The notes: generated from the letters alone by a model not told the origin. Counted from the stretch's first letter, positions 49,154 to 59,407 are shown. The stretch is DNA of 64,000 bases from Terriglobia bacterium (GCA_963664115.2 CAXWPJ010000010.1:128001-192000); one strand, 5' to 3'. Program-made: numbers and translations.

Positions 49154-50120
49154 GTCCCGATATTCGCTTCGCCCTCTGACATTCGACGATATCTCGACCT
49201 ATCCCCTGGGTGACCGCAAGAGCAAGGTCAACACGGCACTCTTTGGTGAACCCGCCGAGCGAAACGATACCGTTGGAGCATTCGTCGAAAAGCTTCCTAA
49301 GATCCTTGCCGCTAGCGACCTACGGCGGCTCATCAAAGCACTATCTGACGCACGCGCAGGGGGAAAGAGCCTGATCTGGGGCATGGGCGGACATGTCGTC
49401 AAGTGCGGCTTGGGTCCGATATTGATCGACATGATGCGGGAGGGATTCGTGACCGGGATTGCTATGAATGGCGCCGCGGTGATTCACGATTTCGAAGTGG
49501 CCCTGCTCGGGTCGACCTCTGAAGAAGTCGAAAACGAAATAGGAAGCGGCCGCTTCGGAATGGCCAGGGAAACTGGCGAGTATCTGAACACAGCGGTCAA
49601 CGACGGCGCCTCCGAGGGAATTGGTATCGGAGAAAGCGTCGGTCGCTACGTCTCAGCTATAGATCACGGCGTCCGGTTCGACCATTCTGACGCGAGCATC
49701 CTCGCCCAGGCCTACACGCTCGGAATACCAGTCACCGTACATCTGGCGATCGGGACCGATATCACTCACGTCCACCCCTCGGCCTCAGGCGAAAACATGG
49801 GCAGGGCGACCATGCACGATTTCAAACTGCTGTGCGCCATGGTGAAAACGCTTGCCGGGGGCGTCTACGTCAACCTCGGTTCCGCCGTGATTCTGCCGGA
49901 AGTGTTCCTTAAAGCCGTATCGGTCGTCCGAAATCTCGGCACTCCATTAAGCGATATAACGACAGCGAACCTGGACTTCATTCAGCACTACAGGCCGACG
50001 CAGAATGTGCTGAAACGGCCGACTCAGGATGGCGGCCAGTGGATAGCATTGACCGGCCACCATGAAATCATGCTTCCCTTGATCGCCGCGGCCTTGAAGC
50101 AATCGGCTCCGACACCATGA
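49146..50120 (+). CDS. Conserved protein with deoxyhypusine-synthase-like fold
   Basis: GGHVVKCGL, AMNGAAVIHDFE, TVHLAIGTDI.H, GSAVILPEVFLKA, GHHEIMLPL. Confidence 0.75.
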   Translation: MTESRYSLRPLTFDDISTYPLGDRKSKVNTALFGEPAERNDTVGAFVEKLPKILAASDLRRLIKALSDARAGGKSLIWGMGGHVVKCGLGPILIDMMREGFVTGIAMNGAAVIHDFEVALLGSTSEEVENEIGSGRFGMARETGEYLNTAVNDGASEGIGIGESVGRYVSAIDHGVRFDHSDASILAQAYTLGIPVTVHLAIGTDITHVHPSASGENMGRATMHDFKLLCAMVKTLAGGVYVNLGSAVILPEVFLKAVSVVRNLGTPLSDITTANLDFIQHYRPTQNVLKRPTQDGGQWIALTGHHEIMLPLIAAALKQSAPTP

Positions 50121-50869
50121 ACGACGAACCGCAGAGTTACGAACCGCGGACACAACGCCCCCTGAAGTTTGATGAAGAAAACGGTGGCAAGTGGCGAGGC
50201 CGGGACATGGTTTACTTCGGATTCGCTTTCATCGCGTTGAACACCTTCGCGCCGGGCCTCGTCAATCTACTTCCATTCCGGGGCGAGAGCGCCAACGCCT
50301 TTCGTGCTCTTGTCGGAACGATAATCGTCGAACTGACCTTAATCGGTCTCATATATGCGCTCGCCCGCTACGAACATGGGCTGTCGTTTCTGGAAGAAAT
50401 GCGCTGGTCGCATGACTACAAGGTCCGTAACGGCACGCTTTTGACGCTGGGGATGGGACTGGCGTTTTCAGTCATGATCGTATCTTCCGTATTCCCCCCA
50501 ACGAGCCCGCCGATCGAACAGCTCCTCAGCACTCGGGAAGCGATCGCAATTTTCGCGATATTCGGTATCGTGTTTGCGCCTTTCCTGGAAGAGTTGCTCT
50601 TTCGCGGTTTCCTATTTCGCGTCCTCGAACAAACCGCGGGAGTTTCCGTTGCGATCCGGGTGACCGCTGTGCTGTTTGCTCTGTTGCATGTACCGCAACT
50701 GTGGGGGAGCTGGGCCGGCATGCTCTTAATTTTTGCGGTTGGATTTATTCTCTCGACCCTGCGTGCCCGCACAGGGTCCTTGATTCCCACGGTCATCGTC
50801 CACACGGCTTATAACGCCATGCTGTTCCTTGCCTTCGCTGTAGGTTCGCTTGCTGAGGGATCTATTTGA
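50117..50869 (+). CDS. CPBP/Abi intramembrane metalloprotease
   Basis: [21 protein letters not shown]; multiple TM segments. Confidence 0.92.
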   Translation: MNDEPQSYEPRTQRPLKFDEENGGKWRGRDMVYFGFAFIALNTFAPGLVNLLPFRGESANAFRALVGTIIVELTLIGLIYALARYEHGLSFLEEMRWSHDYKVRNGTLLTLGMGLAFSVMIVSSVFPPTSPPIEQLLSTREAIAIFAIFGIVFAPFLEELLFRGFLFRVLEQTAGVSVAIRVTAVLFALLHVPQLWGSWAGMLLIFAVGFILSTLRARTGSLIPTVIVHTAYNAMLFLAFAVGSLAEGSI

Positions 50870-52002
50870 TGGACTCACCGTCCAATCACTCAGACAAACT
50901 CGCCCAACTGAGGGCACAACTGGGGGAACTGGACGTCGAGATCCTGGCACTCGTCGCCCGCCGACAGACCATAGTTACCGAGATCGGACACTCAAAGGGC
51001 TCGCTGGGAATACCGACACGCGATTATGGTCAGGAAAGAGACGTCATCCAGAGAGCGAGAGAGAAGGCCGAAACGATGGGTCTGACCCCCAACCTCGCCG
51101 AAGAGTTGATGCTCTTGCTGATTCGAGCGTCCCTTGCCGCTCAGGAACGGGACCGGGTTCAAGAATGGGGTGGCGGTAACGGACGAAAGGTGCTGCTCAT
51201 CGGCGGAGCGGGCAAAATGGGAATCTGGCTCGCACGCTTTCTCGCGTCACAGAACTTCGATGTCGAAATCGCGGATCCCACTGAAGCGGCAGGCGACTTC
51301 CCTCAAATTCCGAACTGGGAGGATTCGCCACTGGACCAGGACATCATCATTGTGGCTACCCCCCTCCGATTGTCCAATAAGATCCTCGAAGAACTCGCGA
51401 GACGAAAACCCAAAGGCATCGTGTTCGATATCGGATCGCTCAAAACACCGGTGCGGCCAGGACTCAACGCTCTCATCGACGCCGGCGTCGCTGTGACTTC
51501 CGTCCATCCGATGTTCGGGCCCAACACCGAAATGTTGTCAGGACGTCATGTGATCTTTGTCGATGTCGGTGCGCCGGAAGCGACGCGCCAGGCCCGCGAT
51601 CTGTTCGCATCGACGATGGTTGCCCAGGTCGAGATGGACCTGGAATCCCACGACAGGCTGATTGCCTACATACTGGGCCTCTCACACGCGCTCAACATCG
51701 CATTCTTCACAGCGCTGGCTGAGAGTGGAGAAGACGCGCCGCGACTGGCACAACTATCGAGTACGACCTTCGATGCACAACTGGAGGTGGCGCGCCTCGT
51801 CGCGGGCGACAACCCGCAGATGTATTACGAGATCCAGTCACTCAACGACTATGGAACTGAGGCCCTGTCGGCATTGCGCGATGCCGTCGAGCGGATTCAG
51901 TCTGTCGTCGGTGAGGGCGACCTCGAGGCATTCGTGTCGATGATGCAGCGTGGGAAGGACTATCTCGCCGGTGTCGGACAAACGCCCGATACGGGGACTT
52001 AA
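50869..52002 (+). CDS. tyrA: Chorismate mutase / prephenate dehydrogenase
   Basis: N-terminal CM domain (LRAQL..LD..IL.LVARR), GGAGKMG, DIGSLK, HPMFGP, HDRLIA. Confidence 0.92.
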   Translation: MDSPSNHSDKLAQLRAQLGELDVEILALVARRQTIVTEIGHSKGSLGIPTRDYGQERDVIQRAREKAETMGLTPNLAEELMLLLIRASLAAQERDRVQEWGGGNGRKVLLIGGAGKMGIWLARFLASQNFDVEIADPTEAAGDFPQIPNWEDSPLDQDIIIVATPLRLSNKILEELARRKPKGIVFDIGSLKTPVRPGLNALIDAGVAVTSVHPMFGPNTEMLSGRHVIFVDVGAPEATRQARDLFASTMVAQVEMDLESHDRLIAYILGLSHALNIAFFTALAESGEDAPRLAQLSSTTFDAQLEVARLVAGDNPQMYYEIQSLNDYGTEALSALRDAVERIQSVVGEGDLEAFVSMMQRGKDYLAGVGQTPDTGT

Positions 52003-52080
52003 ATACAGGAATTAGTCACTTATTGCGCAACCAGTGTTCGAGACTAAACAGTTTCGTCCGGCTCCCATCATGTTATTCCA

Positions 52081-52322
52081 CTGACGCCTCGGCTATTGCC
52101 TCGTTGTCCACCCGCGTCGCCGAGCCGACGCGGGTCATTCTAAGACCTGCTTCAACATTCCCGCGATCCCTATAGGCCTCGCCATCAGGATGATGGCGAG
52201 GGTCGCCGGTGCAGAAGGGGGACGGACACTTCAGTCGAAATGCACTCACCAGGCTTCAATGTCGCATGAAGTGTCCGTCCCCCTTCCGGATCAACGACCG
52301 AGCGAAATCCCCCTCGGCGCCC
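52081..52322 (+). ncRNA. Unassigned structured RNA-like element, copy B, with a REP doublet in one arm
   Basis: Shares GACGCCTCGGCT, GTCCACCCGC..GCGGGTC, GCCTCNCCATCAGGATGATGGNGAGGGTCGCCGGT and AACGACCGAGCGAAATC with the reverse complement of 38069-38293. Confidence 0.65.
52214..52286. repeat. REP-like doublet (20-bp perfect inverted repeat)
   Basis: GAAGGGGGACGGACACTTCA ... TGAAGTGTCCGTCCCCCTTC. Confidence 0.85.
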
Positions 52323-53393
52323 CTAGTGGCCTGTAACCATTGAATCGGGAGTAATTCTTCGAGTGGGATCAAAGTACTTCCACTTCACGGGTTTGGGCTT
52401 CTTGTTGTACTGACGGATGTAGCGCATGAGTTTTCGTTTGAGGTCGGCTACGGAAGTAAATACACCGCGGGCGATCACATCGCGTTCGATCTTGGCAAAC
52501 CACAGTTCGACTTGATTCAGCCAGGAAGAATACGTTGGGGTGAAGTGCAGATGAACGTTGGTGTTCGCGGCCAAGAATGCATCAACGCTCTTGGTCTTGT
52601 GGGCCGAGAGGTTATCGGCAATCACGTGAATCTCTTTCCCTTTGGATTGGTTCGCCACGATGTCGGTGAGAAAGGCGACGAACTCTGCCGAGGTGTGACG
52701 TTGAGCGGTTTTGCCCAACACCTCTCCGGTTCGGGTATTGAAGGCTGCGTAGAGCGACAGCGTCCCATGACGAAAGTACTCAAAGCCGTGCCGTTCGGCA
52801 CGCCCCGGCGACAACGGGAGGACCGGATCCTTGCGGTCCAGCGCTTGGATCGCAGTCTTTTCATCCACGCTGAATACCGCAGCATGCTGCGGCGGATTCA
52901 AATACAGCCCGATCACATCCGCGGCCTTGGCCTCGAAGTCCGGATCGTTCGACATCAGATAGCCTTCGAGTCGGTGCGGCTTGATGCCGTGCTTGGCCCA
53001 GATGCGAGCAACCGTCATGTGCGAAATGCCGCCCAACTCGGCTGCCAATTTACGCGAGGACCAATGAGTCGATCCGTCGGCGGGTTTGTGTTTCGTAGTT
53101 CTCGCCAGCACGCGCGCCTCAATCCGATCCGTCACCTTGTAGCGCTCGCGCCCGGCGTGGCGCGCAAACAACCCCGCAAGCCGATCCGAAGTAAATCGCT
53201 TGCTCCACCGCGCAATATAGCTGTCGCTGCAGTCGAGTTTCGCTCGAATCTCGGCCCAAGTGAATCCATCGGCCAGCAACAGAATCAAACGCGCATGTCG
53301 TGCCGAGTCAGCACGACCGTTTCTTGTACCCGATTGCCGGTGAAGTTCCATACGCTCGCTTCTAGTCAGTTTCATCATGCCCTCGTCAGACAT
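52323..53393 (-). CDS. IS630-family transposase
   Basis: THWSSRKLA, SVDEKTAIQAL, Y.RHGT.SL, IADNLSAHK, HFTPTYSSWLNQVE.WF. Confidence 0.96.
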   Translation of the reverse strand: MSDEGMMKLTRSERMELHRQSGTRNGRADSARHARLILLLADGFTWAEIRAKLDCSDSYIARWSKRFTSDRLAGLFARHAGRERYKVTDRIEARVLARTTKHKPADGSTHWSSRKLAAELGGISHMTVARIWAKHGIKPHRLEGYLMSNDPDFEAKAADVIGLYLNPPQHAAVFSVDEKTAIQALDRKDPVLPLSPGRAERHGFEYFRHGTLSLYAAFNTRTGEVLGKTAQRHTSAEFVAFLTDIVANQSKGKEIHVIADNLSAHKTKSVDAFLAANTNVHLHFTPTYSSWLNQVELWFAKIERDVIARGVFTSVADLKRKLMRYIRQYNKKPKPVKWKYFDPTRRITPDSMVTGH

Positions 53394-53426
53394 GATACTA
53401 CCGATTCATATGTTACAGTACACTAG
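52323..53426 (-). mobile_element. IS630-family insertion sequence, including flanking CTAG
   Basis: Ends CTAGTGGCCTGTAACCATTGAATCGG and reverse complement CTAGTGTACTGTAACATATGAATCGG; TA (CTAG) target. Confidence 0.92.
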
Positions 53427-55837
53427 TAATTGAAACGCAACCCAGCAATTGCCCAGGCACCCGGTGTTGGAAATCCACCCTCGTAATATTCGTTGTTGAA
53501 AACATTCTCAATCTTCGTATAGACCTCCACGGAACGTTCCAGTTGCAGCGGCAGGCTATACCTGAGGACGAGATCGGCTTTTATGGGTCCGTCAAAAACG
53601 AGGCGGCGGCTCTGGGCGCCAAACGGGGACAGAGTGTAGTCGCTGACCGTAAACAGGTCGAATGTCACGTTCACGCGGTCAGCGATCCACTGGGTCGCTG
53701 TCAGGGTGAAGGTGTGATCCGACACCCCGAGTGTTCTGAAGTAATTCGTACCCCCGATCGTGGGCGTGTTCGAATCGGAATTCGTGTAGGTGTAGGACAT
53801 TCGAACGTTCGTATCCTGGGTCGGCGACACCTGGCCACTCAACTCAACGCCGCGAGCAATGCCACCTCCAGTGTTGCGATATCCACCAAAGCGCCCGAAC
53901 GGATCATTCGCTGGAAAGTTCGCGAAATCGAAAAGGATAGTCTCCTGAAGGTTAGTGTAGAAAACTGTTCCGCTCAACTGGACCTTGGAATTGAAAAACC
54001 ATTGATCCAGGCCGCCGTCGACAGCTATCGAGCGTTCTGGACTCAGGCGAGGGTCACCCCAGTAACTGAAAGAACCCGCGAAAAATGATGATCCCAGCCT
54101 TTCGTAGGCCGATGGCGCCCGATAACTGCTGCCCACATGCGCGCGAAACTTCGTCTCGGTTCCGCGGAAAAAGTATGCCAAAGCGCCATCACCCGTATAT
54201 GCGTTGCGCGGAGATCCCAGGGAAACGCCCTCGTAGGGGCTTGGCGTTCCAGAAAAAGCCGGCGTCTTAACGTCGAAGAGCTGGACGCGTCCAGAGAGTC
54301 CCAGCTGCAGTTGCCCATCCATGAGTTGAATTTGATCCTGGGCGAACACCGCATTGCTTGTCTGCTCCACGTCGCTCGTACCTGATTCTCCAAAACTGAG
54401 ATCCGAGGAGTGGAAGCGTTCGTTTTCGAATTCGTAACCGAGGGTAACGAAGTTGTGGTTGCCGATCCTGTGATCCGTTCGTGCTTGAAACGTGTCGATA
54501 CGACCGTCACTTGAAGTATCGAAGGGAGACTCCGCGAAAGACACAACTCCCGGACCGTCGGGGCCGAAAGAGAACTTGCGATTCGTGTCCACTCCCTGAT
54601 AGGAGACGCGATATGAGCTATCGGCAGTCAACTGGTGTTCGAAAGTAATTGCGCCATTGAGAAAGCTAGAATCCCTCCGGTCGTCGGGATCCGTCTGGCC
54701 TGGAACAAAGGTCGCATTTCCCACGCTGTAGGGCGAACCACTGTCCGCGAGATCCAACTGCTTCACGTCGAGCGCAATCGCAGGCACCGCACCGGTCGTT
54801 GGGAAGTTGGCTTGTACATCGGCGTTAAACAACGGGCTGTTGCTCAGCTGCACCCTCGCGTCGGACCACCACAGCCGCCCGGTCAGGGAAATTTCGGGTG
54901 TGAAGCTATAGGTTACCGATCCCTGCGCACTCGTATTTCGGTAAGGGCTCTTGCCGCGAATGCCGTTGCTGACGTTCAGGTAGGAAAGCGTACCGCTATA
55001 ACTGAGCCGGTCGCCATCAAGGCCACCGCTGATACTGGCCACGGCGCGGAACAGCCCCAAGCCGCCGCCTTCTGCCATGAACTGTCCGTGGGGACGACCA
55101 CTGCCTTTACGTGAAATGACGTTGATCGTACCTGCGAGGGCATTGGATCCGTAAAGCGAAGACCCGGAACCGCGGAGAAACTCGATTCGTTCTGTATCAA
55201 CGATCGCGAGATCCGCAAGAAACCCCGTTGCATCGCCCTGGGTACCGGCAGCATCGCGAAAACGCATTCCATCAATTAGGACTGCTGTGTCCTGATTGCG
55301 CAGACCGCGGGTTTTGATGGTCGTAAAGCTTCCTGGGCCTCCCAATTGCTGGACACGCACACCCGGCAGATTTCGAACGACCTCGGCTAAGGAAAACTCG
55401 CCGCGCAGAGCGATCTCTTCTGAATCGACAACATCGACAGCCTTGGCAATCTCCTGGACCGACAGCGGTGTGCCCGATGCCGTCACGAGGACTTCGACGC
55501 TTGTGGCCGATATTGCCAGCGCAACATCGAAAGTCACATCGCCGTTGACCGAGATATCCTCAGACGCGCCTAGCGTAGCTTGAGAGGCATCCGCCTCGAG
55601 CAAGTAATCGCCTGTAGAAATACCGTCGAACATGTATGTGCCGTCGGAGGCACTGAGTGCTTGATGGAATACTCCAGTGTTCCGGTTGAACAATCGAACG
55701 CTCGTGTTTGGAACTGCCCGTCCGTCGGGATCCAGAACGACTCCGCTCAGGCTGTCCGCCCAACTGGAAGCGGGCAAAGCGAGAACGAGGGTGAGAACAA
55801 TTAGAGATACTCTCCAGATCTTGTACAGCTCCGTCAT
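53423..55837 (-). CDS. TonB-dependent receptor, probable corrinoid transporter (BtuB-like)
   Basis: Signal peptide; plug IKTRG...VLIDG..ERIEFLRGSGSSLYGSNA..G.IN; C-terminal barrel strand ending FNY; downstream of a B12 riboswitch and cbiP. Confidence 0.88.
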   Translation of the reverse strand: MTELYKIWRVSLIVLTLVLALPASSWADSLSGVVLDPDGRAVPNTSVRLFNRNTGVFHQALSASDGTYMFDGISTGDYLLEADASQATLGASEDISVNGDVTFDVALAISATSVEVLVTASGTPLSVQEIAKAVDVVDSEEIALRGEFSLAEVVRNLPGVRVQQLGGPGSFTTIKTRGLRNQDTAVLIDGMRFRDAAGTQGDATGFLADLAIVDTERIEFLRGSGSSLYGSNALAGTINVISRKGSGRPHGQFMAEGGGLGLFRAVASISGGLDGDRLSYSGTLSYLNVSNGIRGKSPYRNTSAQGSVTYSFTPEISLTGRLWWSDARVQLSNSPLFNADVQANFPTTGAVPAIALDVKQLDLADSGSPYSVGNATFVPGQTDPDDRRDSSFLNGAITFEHQLTADSSYRVSYQGVDTNRKFSFGPDGPGVVSFAESPFDTSSDGRIDTFQARTDHRIGNHNFVTLGYEFENERFHSSDLSFGESGTSDVEQTSNAVFAQDQIQLMDGQLQLGLSGRVQLFDVKTPAFSGTPSPYEGVSLGSPRNAYTGDGALAYFFRGTETKFRAHVGSSYRAPSAYERLGSSFFAGSFSYWGDPRLSPERSIAVDGGLDQWFFNSKVQLSGTVFYTNLQETILFDFANFPANDPFGRFGGYRNTGGGIARGVELSGQVSPTQDTNVRMSYTYTNSDSNTPTIGGTNYFRTLGVSDHTFTLTATQWIADRVNVTFDLFTVSDYTLSPFGAQSRRLVFDGPIKADLVLRYSLPLQLERSVEVYTKIENVFNNEYYEGGFPTPGAWAIAGLRFNY

Positions 55838-55980
55838 ACAGTCTCCTTGGTTCCTGAGAATCACCTCAAGAAATTTCCTCTCATGAGTGATAACTCATTA
55901 TATTCGTCGAGCATAATCGACCCATGCGGACTCTTTGACTGAAGAGTTTCTGAACTCTTCTTCAGAGTCTGAGACATCGA

Positions 55981-57432
55981 TCACACCCCGGCCTCAATGT
56001 ATTCCCTGACAAAAACGTCGTGCACGACATGGTCCCCAAACCAGTCGGCCAGGCGGTCGTACTGCAACTGTTTTCCACCTTGAAAGTCAGGCAGCCTATG
56101 CCCCAACAACTCCTCGAGAACACGCTGGTTCTCAAAGGCACCATGGAGGTAGGTGCCGATCACCTGCCCACGACGCATGCCATCGCGGGTCCCGTCTTCG
56201 AGCACGGCAAAGGGTTCGCTTCCGTCTCCTTCAATTGACGTGACACCCATGTGGATTTCATATGCTTCAAAGGAAAGCCCCGAAGGCGTTCGGGCCCCAA
56301 CCGTTCGCGTCGTCTTTTCCCGGTCGAGCCGTGTCGTCACTGGAAGAAATCCGAGGCCTTCGGTCGATCCGACATTGGATTCCAAACCGTCGGGATCGTG
56401 TATCGTTTTACCCATCATCTGAAATCCACCACACACGCCTACGATTCGGCTCCCATGGTTCATCTGGTCCGATAGCCAGCTATCCAATCCGCGAGCACGC
56501 AACCATGCCATGTCTTCGATCGGGGATTTCGTGCCGGGAAGAAAGACGACGTCAAAGACTTCCTCGACAGGTTCCGAAAGGAACACCGCGTCGGGCATCC
56601 GTCTAAAGTCAGTAAAATTCGAGATATGGGGAAATCGCAGGACGGCGACGCGCGAACCTGAACCATTGGGCGCGCCCGATTGATTGCCCGCCGCGTCCGG
56701 CCTTTCTTCGAGGCTGACGCTGTCCTCTTCATCCAGATAAACATCTTCGAGAAATGGAAATACTCCCAGGCAGGGCCGGGCGCTTTTCTCCTCAAGAATA
56801 CGGATACCGTCTTCAAAGTACGCGCGATCTCCGCGAAATCGATTTACGAGGAAGGAGCGGACTAAGGAAGCCTCCGCATCGTCGAGAAGATCCAGGGTTC
56901 CGATCACGGATGCAAATACGCCTCCACGGTCGATATCGGCGACGAGAATGCTCGGCGCATCCAATCGCCCGGCCAGACCGAGGTTCACCAGGTCATGATG
57001 TTTGAGGTTCAATTCGGCCACACTCCCCGCGCCTTCGATGACGACGTAGTCGTATCCGGTGGCGAGACGGGAATAGCTTTCCAGAACCTGTTCGAGGAGA
57101 TAGTCGAAGTGATTCCCATATTCAGGCGCTTTCAAGTTGCGCCAGGGTCGCCCATTCAAGACAACCTGGCTGCCCAGAGTTCCGGTCGGCTTCAGAAGAA
57201 TGGGGTTCATATCCGGATGCGGCTCCAATCCGCAGGCCTCCGCCTGAGCCGCCTGCGACCGGCCGATCTCCCCTCCCCCGGGGCATGCCATGGAGTTGTT
57301 CGACATGTTCTGCGCCTTGAAGGGCGCCACGCGGAAACCCATCCGGTGGAGATACCGGCACAACGCGGTCACCACCCAACTCTTTCCTACGTGCGACGCG
57401 GTCCCGCCGACAAAAATGGGCTTCGCCCTCAC
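55981..57432 (-). CDS. cobQ: Cobyric acid synthase
   Basis: GTASHVGKS, PFKAQNMSNNS, MNPILLKP, EGAGS.AE.NL, DIDRGGVFA, GVCGGFQM, GTYLHG. Confidence 0.96.
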   Translation of the reverse strand: MRAKPIFVGGTASHVGKSWVVTALCRYLHRMGFRVAPFKAQNMSNNSMACPGGGEIGRSQAAQAEACGLEPHPDMNPILLKPTGTLGSQVVLNGRPWRNLKAPEYGNHFDYLLEQVLESYSRLATGYDYVVIEGAGSVAELNLKHHDLVNLGLAGRLDAPSILVADIDRGGVFASVIGTLDLLDDAEASLVRSFLVNRFRGDRAYFEDGIRILEEKSARPCLGVFPFLEDVYLDEEDSVSLEERPDAAGNQSGAPNGSGSRVAVLRFPHISNFTDFRRMPDAVFLSEPVEEVFDVVFLPGTKSPIEDMAWLRARGLDSWLSDQMNHGSRIVGVCGGFQMMGKTIHDPDGLESNVGSTEGLGFLPVTTRLDREKTTRTVGARTPSGLSFEAYEIHMGVTSIEGDGSEPFAVLEDGTRDGMRRGQVIGTYLHGAFENQRVLEELLGHRLPDFQGGKQLQYDRLADWFGDHVVHDVFVREYIEAGV

Positions 57433-57521
57433 CCGAAGACGCCCCCACCGAAAAACACGGTGACAGTCCTCAAGCGGACAGCTTCAGTTGTGTGTTGAAA
57501 AATTTGAAATGCTTCTACCAT
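57429..57521 (-). CDS. Putative 30-aa leader ORF coupled to cobQ
   Basis: SD GAGAGGGG then ATG; MVEAFQIFQHTTEAVRLRTVTVFFGGGVFG*; GTGA overlap with the cobQ start. Confidence 0.5.
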   Translation of the reverse strand: MVEAFQIFQHTTEAVRLRTVTVFFGGGVFG

Positions 57522-57570
57522 TCAGCCCCTCTCTCGAAGGCTCGAACAGAACTCGGCGCTATTGACGCCG

Positions 57571-57750
57571 GCTACCGACAGGTCTTCGGACTTACAGGCA
57601 ATGAAACATTTCCTACTGGCCGTTGCTTCCCAGCTCATTTTCAGTGAGCCAGTGCTTAGATACGGCGGTCGTTCCTGCTTACCGCTGCGGGACAGCTCCG
57701 GATTTTCACCGGATTCCCTAATCGGCCTGAGATTCAGGCTGGTCGGTAAC
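57571..57750 (-). promoter_or_regulatory. Cobalamin riboswitch
   Basis: TAGGGAATCCGGTGAAAATCCGGAGCTGTCCCGCAGCGGTAA...GCACTGG...CTGGGAAG...AAGTCCGAAGACCTG (B12 box); P1 TACCGAC/GTCGGTA. Confidence 0.96.
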
Positions 57751-57757
57751 GTCAAAG

Positions 57758-57787
57758 AGACTAGCACAGGATTCGGGCTGGCTGCAA
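57758..57787 (-). promoter_or_regulatory. Promoter of the riboswitch-cobQ transcript
   Basis: TTGCAG-18 nt-TAGTCT with extended TG on the minus strand. Confidence 0.55.
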
Positions 57788-57886
57788 CGTGGGGGAAACT
57801 GACACGCAGGCGGACAATATCTCCGGTACCGACGGGGCGACCTGCCGCGTATCAACGACTTTACACTGTGGACCGGGGAGTAGAGA

Positions 57887-59398
57887 TCAGGACGTTCGAC
57901 GCGGACGGACTTTCCGCTTAACGTACCGTCCCATACGCTTGATTCCAAGGAACAGACCGATTGCAGTCGTTCCGATGCCACCGGCTGAGAGAACGATGAC
58001 GCTGATATCCCAGGCGGGCCGATTGTAGTACCAGAATCCGAAGTCGAGGCTATGGAACCCGTTATAAATCCACCGCTCGAGCCGCTGCCTCTGTTGGTAA
58101 CGTCCCACCAATTGACCGAACCCGGGATCGATATAGAACCAGGTCTTGTCGGGATCCTCGAACTTGATTCGAACTACCGGTAAAGGGGGTGAGGACTCAC
58201 CACGAGGATAGTAGTAAGAATCATACTCAGTAAGTAATCGTGATTCCCGGATCCCAACCTCAGGGTAAGCACCTTTCACGCGGTCGACGAGCGACTCCGT
58301 ACTGAAAGCATGCTCGGAAACCTGCAATGGACCCGCCTGAACCAGCGTGCGTTTCGCACCGGTGCCGCTGACAAGAAAATACGGATCCCCCTGAATGCGG
58401 CGGAACTCGATCTCCTTGATCGTCTGCCCGGGCAGCGTGCGCTCCCAAGCAGCAGCATCGATCGCGGGGAAGAGCGCCATGTCCAATTCCCCTCCCGTGA
58501 GCGCCTGCCGCACACCCCCACCCAGGCCCCCGCGTGAGGACCAGAACCATGGTTCCATCGACAGCATTCCGCTGAACATCCATGTCAGCGTGAAAATGCC
58601 GAATACGATGCCTGTGATGTAGTGCCACCGCATCCATCCGCTGTAGGGAATGTAGGACAGAACGCGCCTGAATCTGAACGGCCGCGTCGGTGAAAACTGC
58701 AGAAACCCCAAAACAATCCCGACCAATACCAGGACACACCCGAGACCCGAGGTCCAAATAACAATCTGCCTCCAGAGACCGTCGTTCAAACGAAGGGGCG
58801 CAAAGTAGAACCAGTGAGGAATCGCCGCAACCCAGGCCAGCATGCGGCTGTTCCGAGTGGTCAACAGAGCGACCTCACCGAAATACTCCGGGATATACAA
58901 CTCAGTTCCATGAGAGTCGTCCACTGCAATCTTGTGGAGCGGCATCCGGTTGCGGAAACTAATCGTCCATTGATCCGCTTCCGTCAAAAGGCCGGAGTAC
59001 TTTAACTGGTCGGAAGGAAGATCCATGAAACGGCTGGCAATAGCGAGCGCCTCCTCTTCCCCGATCTCGATGAGGATCTCACCGTTATCTGCGAAAACCG
59101 TGACCGATTCACCCGGGTTGCCGATACGGTACGCGGGTCGATCCATCAACGTGAGCAAGGTCACGCGGTCTGGGCTCCCACCCCAGAGGGCGTACTCCAG
59201 GGCCTGGGTGGGAGACACTTGAACGCTTGCGGGCTCTAACGCGGGGAGGCGTTCCAAGCGGAGGTCCGCGGTGAGGCTCGGCAGACCTCTGGCATACATC
59301 ATGGCAATGCCCGATACGAACCAGACCACAATCAATAGACTGAGCGCGATGCCCAGATAGCGGTGGGACAGGATCATCCACTTGCGGAACCAAGTCAT
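57887..59398 (-). CDS. PepSY-associated TM helix domain protein
   Basis: HRYLG...WFVSG, IPHWFYF..LR, WHYITG, RLERWIYNGFHSLDF. Confidence 0.9.
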   Translation of the reverse strand: MTWFRKWMILSHRYLGIALSLLIVVWFVSGIAMMYARGLPSLTADLRLERLPALEPASVQVSPTQALEYALWGGSPDRVTLLTLMDRPAYRIGNPGESVTVFADNGEILIEIGEEEALAIASRFMDLPSDQLKYSGLLTEADQWTISFRNRMPLHKIAVDDSHGTELYIPEYFGEVALLTTRNSRMLAWVAAIPHWFYFAPLRLNDGLWRQIVIWTSGLGCVLVLVGIVLGFLQFSPTRPFRFRRVLSYIPYSGWMRWHYITGIVFGIFTLTWMFSGMLSMEPWFWSSRGGLGGGVRQALTGGELDMALFPAIDAAAWERTLPGQTIKEIEFRRIQGDPYFLVSGTGAKRTLVQAGPLQVSEHAFSTESLVDRVKGAYPEVGIRESRLLTEYDSYYYPRGESSPPLPVVRIKFEDPDKTWFYIDPGFGQLVGRYQQRQRLERWIYNGFHSLDFGFWYYNRPAWDISVIVLSAGGIGTTAIGLFLGIKRMGRYVKRKVRPRRTS

Positions 59399-59407
59399 AT
59401 GTTTCGA

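Noticed and set aside
37469-50120. DHS-like protein as an EF-P modifying enzyme
   Set aside because: The genes are 11 kb apart in different transcription units; no sequence evidence links them
52081-52322. Hammerhead or HDV-like ribozyme (CTGACG...CGAAA, GCGAAA)
   Set aside because: The CUGANGA core is absent and differs in copy A; the nested HDV pseudoknot could not be built by eye
52512-53426. 304-aa plus-strand ORF
   Set aside because: Antisense shadow of the IS630 transposase
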